64,000 bases of DNA from Cycas panzhihuaensis. Its lineage: Eukaryota; Plantae; Cycadophyta. This document shows positions 26,101-40,170 of this stretch, piece by piece. The notes beneath the pieces were generated by a model. It worked only from the letters and a program-made list of their open reading frames with translations. It was not told the DNA's origin and ran no database searches. Both the position numbers and the translations under genes were made by a program. Position 1 is the first letter of the stretch, and every line of letters begins with the position of its first letter. The stretch lies in the NCBI GenBank assembly GCA_023213395.1, contig CM041465.1, positions 157,301,741 to 157,365,740 of the forward strand, in the 5' to 3' direction.

Positions 26101-29100
26101 ATGAAGGAGCTGGCTAGTGATTACTTCAAGAACCTTTTTTCTGTCCCGCCGGGTGAGGTCGGGGCAAGGAGAAGAGAGTTCCTGAACAATATTCCTTGTT
26201 TGGTGGATGGTGAGCAGAATGCCCAGCTTTCAGCCCCATTCACTCAGGAAGAGGTTAAGGCGGCTCTCTTCGGTATGAAGAAAGATAAGGCGCCGGGGCC
26301 GGATGGTTTTCCCCCGGGGTTCTTTCAAGAATTCTGGGATATCATCAAAGGGGACCTCATGGAAGCCCTAAAGGAGTTTCAAGCGAATAGAAAGATTCTG
26401 CAGGAATGGCAGTCCACTTTCCTTGTCCTTATCCCCAAGAAAGATGGGGCAAAAGGATGGAAGAGTTTCAGCCTATAAGCCTTTGTAACGTTAAGTACAA
26501 AATTCTAACTAAGGTTCTAGTGAATAGGTTGAAGAAAATTATGCCGGACATTGTTTCCCAGAACCAGGACGGCTTTATTCGGGGCAGACAACTATATGAT
26601 GGCTATATAGTTGTTCATGAAACAATCCACTCAGCTTCTGAAAGGAAAGAACCTGCGATGCTCATCAAGATCGATCTTTCGAAGGCCTTTGATAGAGTCT
26701 CATGGGACTACTGTTAGATTGCCCGAGAGCTTTTGGCTTGGGGAGACGTGGCGGTCATGGATCAAGCTCTGCATTAGCAACCCCCAATTTTCGGTTATTA
26801 TAAATGGTTCTTCTTCCAGGTTTTTCCCGGGATTCAGAGGGTTGAGACAGGGAGATCCTCTCTCTCCTTTCTTGTTTATTACGATGGCAGAGCTCCTGGG
26901 TAGAACTCTTGAGTCAGCCAAAAGGCTGGGGGCAATAAGAGGCATAAAGCCGACATCTGGTGTGGACAATGTGGCTCATCATCAATTCGTGGATGACAAT
27001 ATATTTTTGGGAAGGCTACTATAAGTGAGGCCTCCAAATTTAAAGAAATTTTGGGGCACTTTGAGGAGGCCACAGCCAAAAATTAATTTGAACAAGAGCA
27101 ATGTTTTCTTTATTAATACCCCGGTTACGCCCAAGGCGTGATCGAGAACTTTAGAGATGAGCATTAAACAGCTCCCTACCACGTATCTTGGGTTGCCACT
27201 CTTTGTTGGGAGATTGTCCAAGGATATGTGGAACCCCCTTATTGACAGATTACAAAGGAAGTCAAGTGGTGGAAGGGCGCTCTCTTGAGCTTAATGAAAC
27301 TTCAAATAGTTTCCTCGCCGCAGAGCATCCCTGTCTTTTGGATGTCTATTTTAAGGTTCCAGCTGGTATATCAAACACTATAGAAACTATTCAGAAGAGA
27401 TTTCTCTGGTCGGGGTCAGAGAGCAAGGACAGGATACATTTGGTTACCGGAATAAAGTTTGTACAATCAAATGGGCTAGGTGGCCTCAACCCCGAGAAGG
27501 ACTTACCTTTTAATGCCGCCCTAGGAGCGAAGTTGGGATGGAGGCTATTGAAAGGGAGAAGAGACTTTGGGCGAAGATCCTAGATAGAAAATACATTCAA
27601 GGGGCTCCCTCCTTGGGAATGAGGTTTCGCAGTTGGCTCCACACCTGGAGAAGCATTCAAAGCTTGGAGGAATATTAGGAATGGCTTGAAATGGAGTCTA
27701 GGGATGGCAACTCCATCGATTCTGGAAGACATTTGGTGTCTTGATAAGGCTCAAGGATCACAGTCTCGAACCCATTATGGGTCCTCAGACGCTTTATGGT
27801 TCCCTGTCAAGGATTATTGGGTTGGGGATGGCGTAATCGGAGATGGAGGCACCTTGAAGAAATGCAAACGATGGATGGCAAGAGGGCTCCAATAAGTTAA
27901 AAGAGATTCTCAAGAATCCATATTCCTAGATTGCCCCTCAGGACGGTTGTGTGGCCTCTGGGGCCGTCTGGGATTACATCGCTAAACAAGGGTATCGGTC
28001 CTTTGTTTAGCTAGAGGAGATCACAGGAATCCTACTCTTGCTAGGTGTGGAGGCTTCCTATAATTCCTAAGATCGCCATTTTTGGTGGACTGCACTGAGG
28101 AATAGAATCCTCACTATAGACAACCTCAAGAGGAGAGGCTTTTCGTTGGTGAATAGATGTCCCTCCGTTGTACCGAGGAGGAATCCATGGACCACATATT
28201 CATTGGGCGCTCCTTTCTCGGGAAGTTCTGGAGGATGCTTCTTGGGAAGCCGGAGGTGTCCGGATCTTCTCGTAAAGGATCATTGATTTATGGCACCGGC
28301 TTAGCCCTTTAGGAGCGAGCCGAGTAGTATTTGGAAGTGTGCGCTAGATTTTGGCTTGGAATATTTGCAAGGAAAGAAACCGAGAATTTTTCAGATACCA
28401 AGAAGGATCGATCATGCTTTTGGCGTAATAAGTTTGGACATAAAGGAAAATGTTGGGAAAGTGAAAGAAAACGATCCCTTGTCTCGAGAGTAGGATTTAA
28501 GCTGGGGTATTCACCGGTTTATGAGGTGGTTAGACCTGACGTAGCAACGGGCAACCCCTGGGAACCCCGGATCAAGGTTAACTTTGATGGAGCTACTAAA
28601 GGGAACCCCGGGAAGCAAGTGAGGGGGTATCTGCGAGGATCGTGGCCGGATCTCCATCAGGGCCTCATGAGTACTACTAAGCCGACAAACCACTATGCGA
28701 GATGAGGGCTATGTTTAAAGCCCTTGACCTACCTTGAAGGGAATGCTCAAGGCTTAATTTTAGAGGGACTCGGAGGTGGTGCTCAAGGTTTTGAGAGGAG
28801 GCCCTTCCAGATCGAGATTTCGGGCTCTTTTCAATGATGCCAAAGAGATCATCAAGGGGTGGCTAAGTCCAAATAAGACATACTGCGAGAAGGCAATAAG
28901 CCACCGATTTCTGCAAACCGGGGTGTTAGGCATCTAAGGATCAAGTCCGGAGAGATGAGTTCTCTAGGGATCTTATGGTTCGGTTGGAAAGGATATGAGC
29001 AGACGCCAGCCGTGGGGCTTGTCCCAAGATATAGCTCTTGGACCTAGACCGTAGGTCAATTACACTCATATATACACTGGTTTGCACAGCGCCCTTTGAT

Positions 29101-29163
29101 GTAATAGGCTGTGGGATCCTGCTCAAACCCTCTATAAATTCATTTTACCTTATCAAAAAAAAA
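23108..29163 (+). mobile_element. L1-clade LINE with RNase H, copy 2 (full length)
   Basis: Perfect 17-bp TSD ATGCTTACTAGTACATG (23091-23107 and 29163-29179); ORF1 from about 23677; ORF2 from 24958 (MKVMSWNI); GLRQGDPLSP, QFVDD, KVNFDGATKGNPG; CTTATC-poly(A) tail. Confidence 0.96.
24958..29030 (+). pseudogene. L1 ORF2 of copy 2, many frameshifts
   Basis: EN, RT and RNase H motifs scattered over all three frames; longest clean stretch is 25702-26478. Confidence 0.9.
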
Positions 29164-32100
29164 TGCTTACTAGTACATGCTTAATATGTTACTTACTTTA
29201 TTATTCATGTTTATTCTTTTATATATAGACATTTCTCATGAGATAATTTTGTCATAATATATATGCATGTTATATTCCAATACATAAATTCACTAAATTC
29301 TAATTTGGTATTAATGTAAATTTACATTTCTAACTTGATATTAAAGCCATGGTGAGTTGAAAGATCTTATGTAGTAGGAAGAAAGCTTATACATAGCCAA
29401 TTCATAAGCTAGTATGCTAGTAACAAAGCTAGTATAAGAGCCAGATATGACATAAATTTAATAAGCCAAAAATCTAAATATACCAATTATGCTAGTAATA
29501 TGTGATCAAGATCTAAGGACTAGATGAAGTTGATGAAGATGATAAATGAAAGCACAAAGATGAAGCCAAATGAAAGTTACATAAGATAAACAACAAATTG
29601 ATGGTATGTTAAATTGAATTCATATGGGTATATTATTATGCATGTGGCTAGCCTAATTTGAACATGCAGGTATATTTAAAGTTCATCCACAAGAGATTAC
29701 TTAAGTAGGATTAATCATCGTATGAAAGCAACATATTAACGAAGTATATAGTATTTTATTATTCATTGGCGAAGGCTTTCACAAGCATCCTACTCTTAAA
29801 GTTCGATTCACTATCACTTATAAACCATTCTAAAGGCTTTTGTGAGCATCTCATAACAAAGATTCACTACTAGAATGAAGCTAGTATCCTATTAGTGAAA
29901 CAAGAAATAGGTAATAGGCCTATACAATATGATAAGCAGTATTTTGATAGGTATTTATGACAAATATTAAATTAAGTATGAGACATAATTAATAGTAGAT
30001 AAAAAGGTATGTTAATGTGTGAATTTGATTTAATAATACAAGCAAAGAGGTGAACATTACATGAATATGAGGACATCATATATGAATTGATTATGGCATG
30101 AAGTCAGATATATTAAGAGCATGTTTTACATGAAGATTTTGATGGTATAAAATGATTTGATAAGATCATGATGATGTCATTATTTAAGGGCATATTCTAA
30201 TAGTGAATAAATATATGAAAATGATTAATTACATTAATTGAAGTAAAATATGAAAGCATAATTGTGGCAAAAAGGCTATCATTTTAGTTTATTTCCATTA
30301 TATCAAGATTGACTATGAAGAAGAAAATAAAGTAATACATCTGCCACATGCCATGAGAATATGAGTGTGTTTCTTATACTTAATGTTTAGGCATTGTTAA
30401 ATGAAAACAAAATTGTTGACACAAACTCTCAAATTCACCTTGCATTAAATATTGCTCCACAACAGATAAGGCTACCACCTGAGAAGAAGACACATTAGTC
30501 TTCATAATACAAATCACAAAAGGAATATAATCACGCAACACCTACATATGCATAAAGGAAAAGATTCCATGGACTACCTATAGAAATGCAACGCAGGCTA
30601 TATTGTCATAATCATTGGACTTATGAATAGATAACATGGAATGGAGAGGAATTATGATGGATTTGAATATAGAGAATACCCCATAAAGGAATACAAAAAA
30701 CTTGTGCCTAATTAAGAAGATCATTATGAAAGAGAAGAGAGGAAGTAGTCCATTAAGAGAATAAACACCATTCTAGCCACAGAGGAAAGTAAACTAAACA
30801 TAGTAGAAGTAGATAATGAAGAGAGAAGCCACCTACCATCTTCATAGAATTAATAAAGGACTTCAACCATAGATCAATGTACCTATAGATCACATGAGGG
30901 ATATAGAGTATATAAATAAAAAGCTACATAAACCACACATGACAAAATCCAAACAAAAATTTAAATGCCATCAGCCATGAAAAGAAGAAGATTCACTTAA
31001 TTATACATGCATCAAGAGAGATGTGCCTTACCCACACGAAGAAAGAATGCCTCTATGCCTTACATAGAATAGTCACCAAAAAACCACCTATAAAAAAATA
31101 TTAAAGAAGAAATTACCAATGGTAAATTACCCAACACATAGTTTTGTAGTGTAATTAATATGAATAAATCGTCATAGAGGATAATAGAAATCATCATTGT
31201 ACAATCAATTTGGAGCCTGCATGCATGTGTATAAATTTTTAATTTAATTAAAAAAATTATAGGTGAAATAAAAACTTAGCCCAAGTAAGTTAGTAGGTGG
31301 TCAAATGGAGTCCTCACACAACTGGGGACTTATTTGTAAAGGGGGCAGACTCTAAATCTGGATAAATCAAATTGAAACTTTTTGTAAATTTAAAATTTAT
31401 AAATTAAATTAAAATATATTTTGGAATCTAAAATCAAACATATTAAGGATCACACAAATTTTATAACACATTGACACATTTTTAATTATAACTTTTCATT
31501 GGAATGTCAGAATTAGGTGCCATTAGTTGCATTAGAAAGAGAACATTAAGATGATCAAAATGAGTGGTTCCACAACATATTTTAGATAGTAAAAGATAGA
31601 GATGTTAATGGATAAATTTGATCAAAGTGCTTTTAACCTCATAAAAGTTACACTTTATAACCTTTCTTTTGATGTTTTTAAAGGCTCTTAACATGATGAT
31701 GATGTTATTTCTACTTGATTAAGAAAGAAAAATGAAGTTACATTTAAAATAAAATAATTTAAAGCTCATTTATAATATTTGAAGATTTATGATAAATAAG
31801 AAATATATAAAGTGGGATATATTTGTTGAAATATTGATGTGGAAATTTATTAATATGTTAGACATGTAAAATCCCCTTTTAGAAATTTATCCATTTGATT
31901 TAGTGGTAAGTAACATTAGTTAAATGATAGATCACCTAATTTATTTGAATACTTGTTATTAAATTATAAATTAATAACACCTATTTTAATGATAATGACA
32001 CCAGTTGATATTTAATAAAGGGTTTAGTTTGATTGTTTGATGGAGAGATGAGTAATTAATTGAGAATTCCACCTATTTTATGAGATAAAGAAAAAAGTCA

Positions 32101-32999
32101 TATATATTGTTTACTTAGCACACTAATTAGCTATTGAGTTTATTCAGCTAATAACCAACCATTGAAGTTATCTAACTAAACGATGAAAAGTGGTTTTCAA
32201 TGAGAACTTAAACTAACCATGTATGATAAGAGGTATAGAAACATATATTTATATTACCTTATTATATCTAACTTTTCTTGAACAAACAGTTTAACTTATT
32301 CCAAGAGTTAGTATGTTTGGATAATTGATTTAATAAGTGATTAATAGTTGCCAAAAGAAAGTTGTAGAAGTATGTAAGTAAGAAAGCACATAAAGAAATC
32401 TTGTATGCAAGAGGCAAGTAAAGGTTTTACAAGCTACTCTTACACAACACACTATATTATGTTGTTTTAACTCAAATGCAAGAGTTGAGATTATGCTACT
32501 CTTATAAAAAACATTCTGAAAATTGATGAACCATGCATCTAAAATAGTCACCTAGAGAACTAATAATTATAGAGGCTAGTTATCCATGTATTTTAGTAAA
32601 GGGTTATTATTTTACATAGACCTAGCAATTAATTTATTTATTGAAATTATTCATAACAGGTTGACAAATATTTCACAATAGCTTTATAGGTAAAGATATA
32701 AAGATGTTCAGGAAGACACTTCATACATTGGTTTATGTTGGTTGGATCATGATGATTGGTTAATATTTACAGGTTGTTTGTTCATAATTAGTCATTAATA
32801 TATACAAATATATATATACATATTTATATGAGTTTATTATGGGTTCTACAAGTTAATGCTTGCAAGAGACGAGTTTGATAAATGATATGATGATTTATAG
32901 GTTATAAGCTACAAGATCTAGTAGATATGAAGATAATGAAGACTAAGGGATTAAAGAAATAAAGACCAAGACTTAAAGGCATTAAATATTAAGGGTGGA

Positions 33000-33522
33000 T
33001 ATTGGAATATGTGAATTAATCACATATGTAATATTCAATATTAATGGTATAAACATATATATAAATCCACTTACCAAATACATTGAGAGATGTGATAGGT
33101 ACATATATTCATGTAAATATACTATTAGATGTTATAAAGGCTCAAGAGAAATGATAGGCTACTCATGGGATAACTATTGATATAAACTTGTACACACACC
33201 ACTTGAGAACTTGAAAAAGGTATATGATTTAAAGATGTACTTATTCTAATCATAAGAAGAACTATGAACTCTACCTTCTCCTATGGTTTTTCCCACATTG
33301 GGTTTTCCATGTATAAATATGTCACCTCTCTTATGGTAAATGCTTATTGGTACATTCTTGATCTATCATTTACTTTATTATTCATGATTATTTATGTTTA
33401 TTCCTTTATATATGTATATTCCTCATGAGATAATTCAATCATAATGTATATGTATATTATATTTCATTACATAAATACTCTAAATTCTAATTTGGTATCT
33501 GATTGAATTTACATTTTTAATA
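33000..33522 (+). repeat. 3' LTR of element C
   Basis: AATATGTGAATTAATCACATATGTAATATT shared with 22756 onward; carries the empty site (ATGCTTATTGGTACATT) matching the L1 copy 2 TSD. Confidence 0.88.
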
Positions 33523-36220
33523 GTTTACCAGATTAACTCTCTAAATGTCAGAGAACCTATAAAGTAAATAACTAATTCTTAAGCCTAGATTAGCACCTTG
33601 CCGTATGCCTTTATGCATATCTATCATCTAGTTATAGATAAGTATTTACTTTAAAAGATGTATTCATTTTGTGATAATTAGATTTGCCAATAAATAAAGC
33701 AAGGTATGATCATCTATAACTTCTTTAGTTGTGTTTTCTCTTAGAGTTGAAGAGGGTATTTATCAACCCAACTTGGCGCTATGTGTATAAGATTAGGTCC
33801 ATTCACATCCTGAGAGGGTTCAACCTATAATATTTGCCAAACTTGACGCCAAATTCCATTAGTAAATGAAGACTATGTGAAAATATAGTTAATGCTCTCA
33901 CTACTTTGTTCACATAAAATGCAAATTAATAGACCCTAAATTCCATGTTTCTACAAGTTTTTAATAGTAAGAATAATATTATGCATTACCATGTATATAA
34001 AATGGTTATTTTTTAAATAGATAAATTTGCCCAAAGTCACTTCTTTTCTACGAGTATCTTAGGATTCTAACCATTGTGCATTAGTTGAAAGAGGTGGTAT
34101 ATAATTTAAATTGTATACATACCAAGTCTAGAGAAGGGTCCCCATATAAACTCATCTTTATTATTGTGGATTTTGATTTTGCATAGCGAAAGTTGGTAGT
34201 AAAAGGACTTATATTCTTCATAAAGACTGACTTGAAGGCATTGTTAGTCTTCCATACCTTTAAGCAAAGTAGATAGCCTAGTTAAGAGATTAGTTTTGAA
34301 GAATTTATATACTTTGATGATGCCCCTACTCAAGAACCACATAAAATGGTGACAAACTATATTGTATTGAGATAAGGACATAATACTTTAAATAGGGTCT
34401 CACCAAATATAAGCCTTCTCACCATTAACCACTCTCTATGATAGCCCTAAATTAAAAGTTTCTACACTACTAGTTATCAGTTTCCAAATTGATGAACTAA
34501 CTCTATTGATTTTGGAGTGTAAGTTTGTTAGGGGTTTAGGCTACTCTCCTAAATACTTTATTATAATAATCCTAGTGAACTATAATTTTAGGTCAATAAT
34601 CATTCACTAACTAATTTTAGCACCAAATAGATGTGGAATACTTGATAGGGGTCTTAATCCTAAATTGCCTATTGCATGGGATGTGTAAATTTGATCTTAT
34701 TTCATTAAATAAAATTTCTTATGACTAAGATCCCTAAAACCTTGTTATAAAAAGGTTCAGAGGATTTTTTCAAAATGCCCAATAACCCCTATTGGAGCAA
34801 GATAAATAGACAAAAGATATGTTAATATAGATGCAAGCATAACATTCATCAAAATTACTCTTCTAAGAAAGGGTAACCATCCAAATGACCAAGATTAAAT
34901 TCTTCTCCTAATTCTATTCAAAATAGATTGCCATTGGCCTGGGTCCTAATTTTTAAGATTGATTGAGGCTCTAATAGTTAAGGGTTATCAATTTGGACTT
35001 ATTAGAGTTAATCTAATCTAAAGCATAACAAAACCTATATATAATTATCTTTACCTTCCTCGCTTTACTAATTGAAGCAGTAGCAAAGATCAAGGTATCA
35101 TTAATAAATTAAGCATAGGTGATATTTATAAAGAGGAACTGACCATTGCTCTACTGAACTACCTTTGATCATGACTAGCTAATAGTGATCTACTTAAGAC
35201 CTCTGCAACTAGCACAAATAGGGCAACGGAGAGGGGCTATCCTTACCTAATATCCCTATGTGCCTTAAAAAACTATGTGGGAGATCCATTAATGAGGACT
35301 AGATAAGAAGGTTTATTAACACAATATTTAACCCAACAAATCCAATCATTATTAAATCCAAGTTTAAATAAGATTTGAGATAAAAATCCCTAATGCAACC
35401 TATTAAATGCATTGGTAAAACCAATCTCAATCACCATGATCTTCCTCTTTAAAATCTTTCCTAAATGAATAACCTCCTAAGCAATGATTATCTAGTCAAG
35501 AATCTACGTACCTTTCATAACCTCACCTTGTTCACTAGATATTATTCTTCACAGAATTTCTTATAATTGCAAGGCCATAATTTTGGATATGATCATGTAA
35601 GATTATTTATAAAGAGAAATTGATTTGTACCTATCCATATTGGCTACACGAGTCTCCTTTAAAATTAAAGTTATTAAGGTTAAGTTCATGGCTTTAAGTA
35701 TATTACGTAGTTTTCTATATTCCTTGACCATCTAAAGGAGATACTCTTTAATAATGTCCCATAAGGTCTAATAAAATTTTACTTGAAATCCTTTTGGACT
35801 ATGGGACTTATCTATTTTAAGGTTGAACACTACATAATGTAGCTTATTCATAGTGACTAGCTTAGTTAAGCTTCCATTCATTCTCAAATTTACGAGTTTA
35901 TGAATGTCTTCTAAAATATTATCCCAATCAAGCTCCTTGTCTAGTAGTTCTTTTGCAAGGAAGATTACAAAATGATTTCTTACTAAATCTTGAATTTCTT
36001 TCTTAGTTCATATGGATGATCTACTAGCAGTTCTTAATTCCATAAATTTGTTTTCAGATTATTAGGCTTTTAGAGCTTTATGGAATAACTGTAAATTTGT
36101 AACTATAAGTCTATCCCAAAGCATCCAAGACCTTAGTTGTATTAAGTCATTATTCTCATTTTCCAAGGCTCCAATCTTCATAATCAATACAACTTACTCT
36201 AACATAATGGAGACAGAGTT

Positions 36221-36243
36221 CCCCCCCCCCCCCCCCCCCCCCC
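36221..36243. repeat. C23 homopolymer inside the ancient L1 ORF2
   Basis: Directly visible. Confidence 0.95.
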
Positions 36244-39090
36244 AATGTTAATCTTATCATCTTTAGAATTTTTAATTTCTCTTTTAACTATTAGGACCTC
36301 CTTTTTAGCTTGATTCATAATATCTCACTATCAAATTTTGATCTTATTCTTAACATAATTCATTTTGGAGTGGAATATATACATCTTGATACATGTATAA
36401 TAAGCCTCTTCCCACCATTTTTAGATAAAATGAAGGAATTCCTTATGTTTAGTCATGGTTGGATTTAATTTGAATAAAGAACTTTTACTTCTTGAGGAGT
36501 TGTGTAGCTTTAAGAGGATGGGAGCATGGTTGGACCTACTCCTTGGTTAACTATTAGCTTCTATGTTAACAAACTCAATAATTATCTCAAGCACTAAAAA
36601 CCTATTGAGCCTTTCTAAAATCAAGGAATGACTATACCTTTTATTAGACCATGTATATATGTCATTGGTTATTTCAACATCCACTAAGTTATTCTCCTCC
36701 CTAATCTCTACAAGCAACCTAATATTAAGATTCATGGAGGATCAACCTCCACACTTCTCTTTAGGATGCGAGATGAGATTAAAATCACCACCCATAATCC
36801 AATTTCGGGGATGGTAAGTACTAGCATCTAAAATAATCTTACTCGAGTAAGTTTTGGTTGTATTATAAAAATTAGGCTTGTACACATTTAAGACATTAGT
36901 TTCTTTATTAACTTTAACTACATGGGACTTGTATCTTATCTAATTCTAACTTTTAATCATACGTACAAGTTAGACAGTTATATTATTCCAAATGGTGGTG
37001 ATACTACTAGAATGCCCGTTAGCACTAACACTCATAATAGAGAAGTTTCTACTAATCTAAGAATTATTCCAATTTCTAAATCTTCTTTAGTTATTTTGGT
37101 TTCTTATAAAAGTAAGATATGAAGGCATTAATCCTTGATCCTTTCCTTTAGGGCTCATTTTACTAAGGATGCACCCAAACTTCTTACATTCTAGGAGACA
37201 ATTATCATTTCCTACCATGGTGGGATGAAGTCTTCCTTACTTCATTTCTATCTGATGGGGTATAGGATTTAACTAGTTGATTGTCCATAATGATCTTATC
37301 ATTGAGTATTCCTAATTGGGATTGATTGCCACTTTTAACCATCTTTGGCATCTCTTTGGTGTAGATATCTCTAGAAGTTAGTTTGCCCTACTTCTTCTGC
37401 TTTATGTCCCATAGTCAATGTCTACCTTATTAACTGGTATTGACTCAATGTCCAACCATAACTCCATTGGATTTAATATGCCACTAACTCTAGGAATATC
37501 TTCTTTAGTTATTTTCAGCTTATTATTTTTAAAGTCTTGCATTTCTAGGGCTAATATTATTGCTTGTTGGTTGGGCAATTACATTGAGAGCACCTCTAAA
37601 TCAAGTGAAGTTGATGAATTGGTCTAGTTCTTTGAGGTTTGATTGTTTGCTTCCTCTTTTGAGATGATTAACCTCTCCTTCAGTACTAACTTTTAGCATA
37701 TTTCATGCATTACATCATTTAAGTCCGATAAAGCTTGAAATCTATTAAATGCACCATGTTCTTATCTGGTTTTATGAGTATACCTTTGGCCAGACTTGAG
37801 TCTTGGAATCTTTTGGATAGGAACAAATTTGTCATCATTCCCTTCATCTGTGATAAGTACCACATCTTAATTATTTGGGGTTTTTATTTCTAGATCCTTT
37901 TTAGGGTAATCTCAAATAAAATGATTGTACTAATGGCATAAAATACATTTGTATGGCACCTGCTTATAATCTTTGTATTAAGTCCATGATCAACCTCCCA
38001 TAACTATTTTGATCTAATCAGTTAAGCCCTCTTATACATCAATCTTGATGCATAAATAGAGAAATGAGGTAATTTTACATTAAGTTATGGCTTTACCAAC
38101 ATTTATAAAATGCCCTAATAAGGAGCTAGCAGTGTTAAGATATTTCCCACTCCATAGGTAGAGAAGAAAAAAAGGTAATTTAACCCAAATTAGGACTAAG
38201 CTTGTGATCTCCTATCTAGGGTCGAAAGATGTATCTAAATATTTCATGAAGAGTCTACTTCAAGTGATGAACCATAGCCCCTTTATAAAAATGGCATCCC
38301 TATCCTACAAACTTTTGAAAATGATCACAAAAAATCCTTGACCTACACTCTATATGTCTGGCTCTTAAGTAATGAGAAGTGTGTAGTTGATGTAAATCCA
38401 TGACATCAGACACTTTAGAGAGAGTTATAGATTAAAGAATTGACAAACCAACCCACCAATAGAGAGAGAAATAAACTCATTAGACATGCAACTATGATAA
38501 ATGATAATATGAGGTTTGGTTGACTTATGTTTGATACAAGCTCTTCAAGAGGAAGGCCACTCCTTTCTCATTTGAATAAAAGCTTCCTCTAGTTGGAGAT
38601 CACCTGACCTATAAGAGGATGGGACTCTTATAACTATCACAACCAGAGAAAGAGTGCAACCACTCTTCTTCTCTAAGATTTATTATGTGCAGTATTCAGC
38701 TTTTCCCTATAGTTCCCACTTGAAATCTAACTATAAATTCTATTAGTTAAAATTTTGACTTTGATCCATTTTTATGAGGTCCAAATCTACTACCTTCTAA
38801 ATTTTGGTATGAATCTAATGGTTCCATAAGATGTAGCCCAAAATTTCTCACTAAAATCAAATGTAATTATTATAAGTCTAAGTAATATTTTGATTTATAG
38901 TTTACAAGTGGTAAACTGATATGTGATATATTGAGAGCATTTACTTATAGGAGACAAACTTGGTGAAGATAAGTTTGATGATTAATATTTACAAGCGATA
39001 CAATGATACATGATGAATAGGTGATCCAACATAAAGATTCAATATAAAATAAAGACATTTGAATTTTAAAAATTAAACATTAAGGGGGGG

Positions 39091-39610
39091 TGTTGAAATA
39101 TTGAATTTCATAAAATTTGGTGTAATGTTAATTATTAAATAAGGCATCATTAGTTAATGTGAAAGGTTCTCGTACATAATCTTATTTATTGATATATTGG
39201 TAAAATATCATTGCATGATGATCAATTGACACAACTATATCATGGCAAGGTGTATTGTAAGTTAAATTAGATCGCCTAATCCTCTTTATAAGACTACATA
39301 ACTCATCACAAAGATTATTAATTTTCTTTCATTAATATGAAATTTCATATACATTTAAAAGTAGTTTTACCCATTCATGGGTTTTCCATGTTAAACATGG
39401 TATCACATATATGATTGGGAGATTAACTCTTTGCCTTTATACTTATCCCTTCATTATGTTCATTAAATTATTGATTGATCATATGTTTCATTTATCTACT
39501 TACTTGATTATATGATTTGTTATCAAAATATTAACATGGTATGACAACCTGTACAAGAATTTTAATATTATATTGGAGCTTTTGCATAAGTCAATTTATA
39601 AATTTTAATA
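39091..39610 (+). repeat. 3' LTR of element B (520 bp)
   Basis: Starts TGTTG after the PPT; homologous to 14512-14984. Confidence 0.85.
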
Positions 39611-40170
39611 AAAACAACTTTTCAAAGGACTATAGGTTATGTATTTAAAAGTATGATTAGTCATAATAATAATTTACCTAGATGATATGATTATCTTTTC
39701 TAAGAAAATAGTTGATTATTTAGAACATTTAAGATATGTATTCCAAAGTTGTTGGGAATTTATTATTTCGCTTAACCCTAAGAATACTATTTTTAGAGCT
39801 ATCAAAGGCAAACTTCTTGACCATATGATTTCTAGAAAGGAATATATATTAACCCTAAACAAGTGAAAGTAATAAAAAAGTTAGCATTAACTACTAATAG
39901 GAAGGCCCTTCAATCCTTCCTTGGTAATATTAGCTTTTTGAGAAAGTGTATCCTAGATTTTCCTATTATACTCTTCTTATGAATAAGTTGTTGAAGAAAT
40001 ATTTGCCATTCAAATGGGATTCATTAGCCCATAAGGCCTTTAATGAGATCATAGATGTCATTACTCAAGAACTAGTATTAATAAGTCCAAATTTCAATGA
40101 GGACATTATCATCTACTCTTATGCCTCAATTATGACTCATGTAGCTATATTACTCTAGAAAGAATATTTA
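39611..40170 (+). pseudogene. Ty3/gypsy reverse transcriptase remnant (insertion target of element B)
   Basis: Motifs TFQR, IYLDDMIIFSK, SLNPK, KLLDHMIS, LQSFLG, LLKKYLPFKWD, VLISPNFNEDIIIYSYAS. Confidence 0.85.

Larger units (their letters stand above)
22750..33522 (+). mobile_element. Non-autonomous LTR element C
   Basis: 5' LTR 22750-23107 plus 29180-29335 (split by L1 copy 2) matches 3' LTR 33000-33522. PBS-like TGATATTAAAGCC 29336-29348; PPT AAGGGTGGA 32991-32999; TSD CTTTA/GTTTA (4 of 5). No usable internal ORF. Confidence 0.88.
21731..38865 (-). mobile_element. Ancient L1 LINE, split by element C (pieces 21731-22749 and 33523 to about 38865)
   Basis: 3' end TTTTACTTATC-A-rich at about 21735-21760; RT remnant RDIR*G*PLS at about 35240; DIYTWSNKR..ERLNRFLV; ORF2 start MIIVS*NVRSLG at 37208; ORF1 knuckle CILCH*YNH at about 37940. 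5' boundary is approximate. Confidence 0.85.
14512..39610 (+). mobile_element. Non-autonomous LTR element B; outer shell hosting copia D, the old L1, element C and L1 copy 2
   Basis: 14512-14984 aligns with 39140-39610. PBS-like TGGTATTATAGC follows the first copy; PPT TAAGGGGGGG (39081-39090) precedes the second. Internal pieces at 15040-15139, about 20420-21730 and about 38870-39090 resemble the internal region of element C. TSD cannot be tested because the 5' start is missing from the window. Confidence 0.7.
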
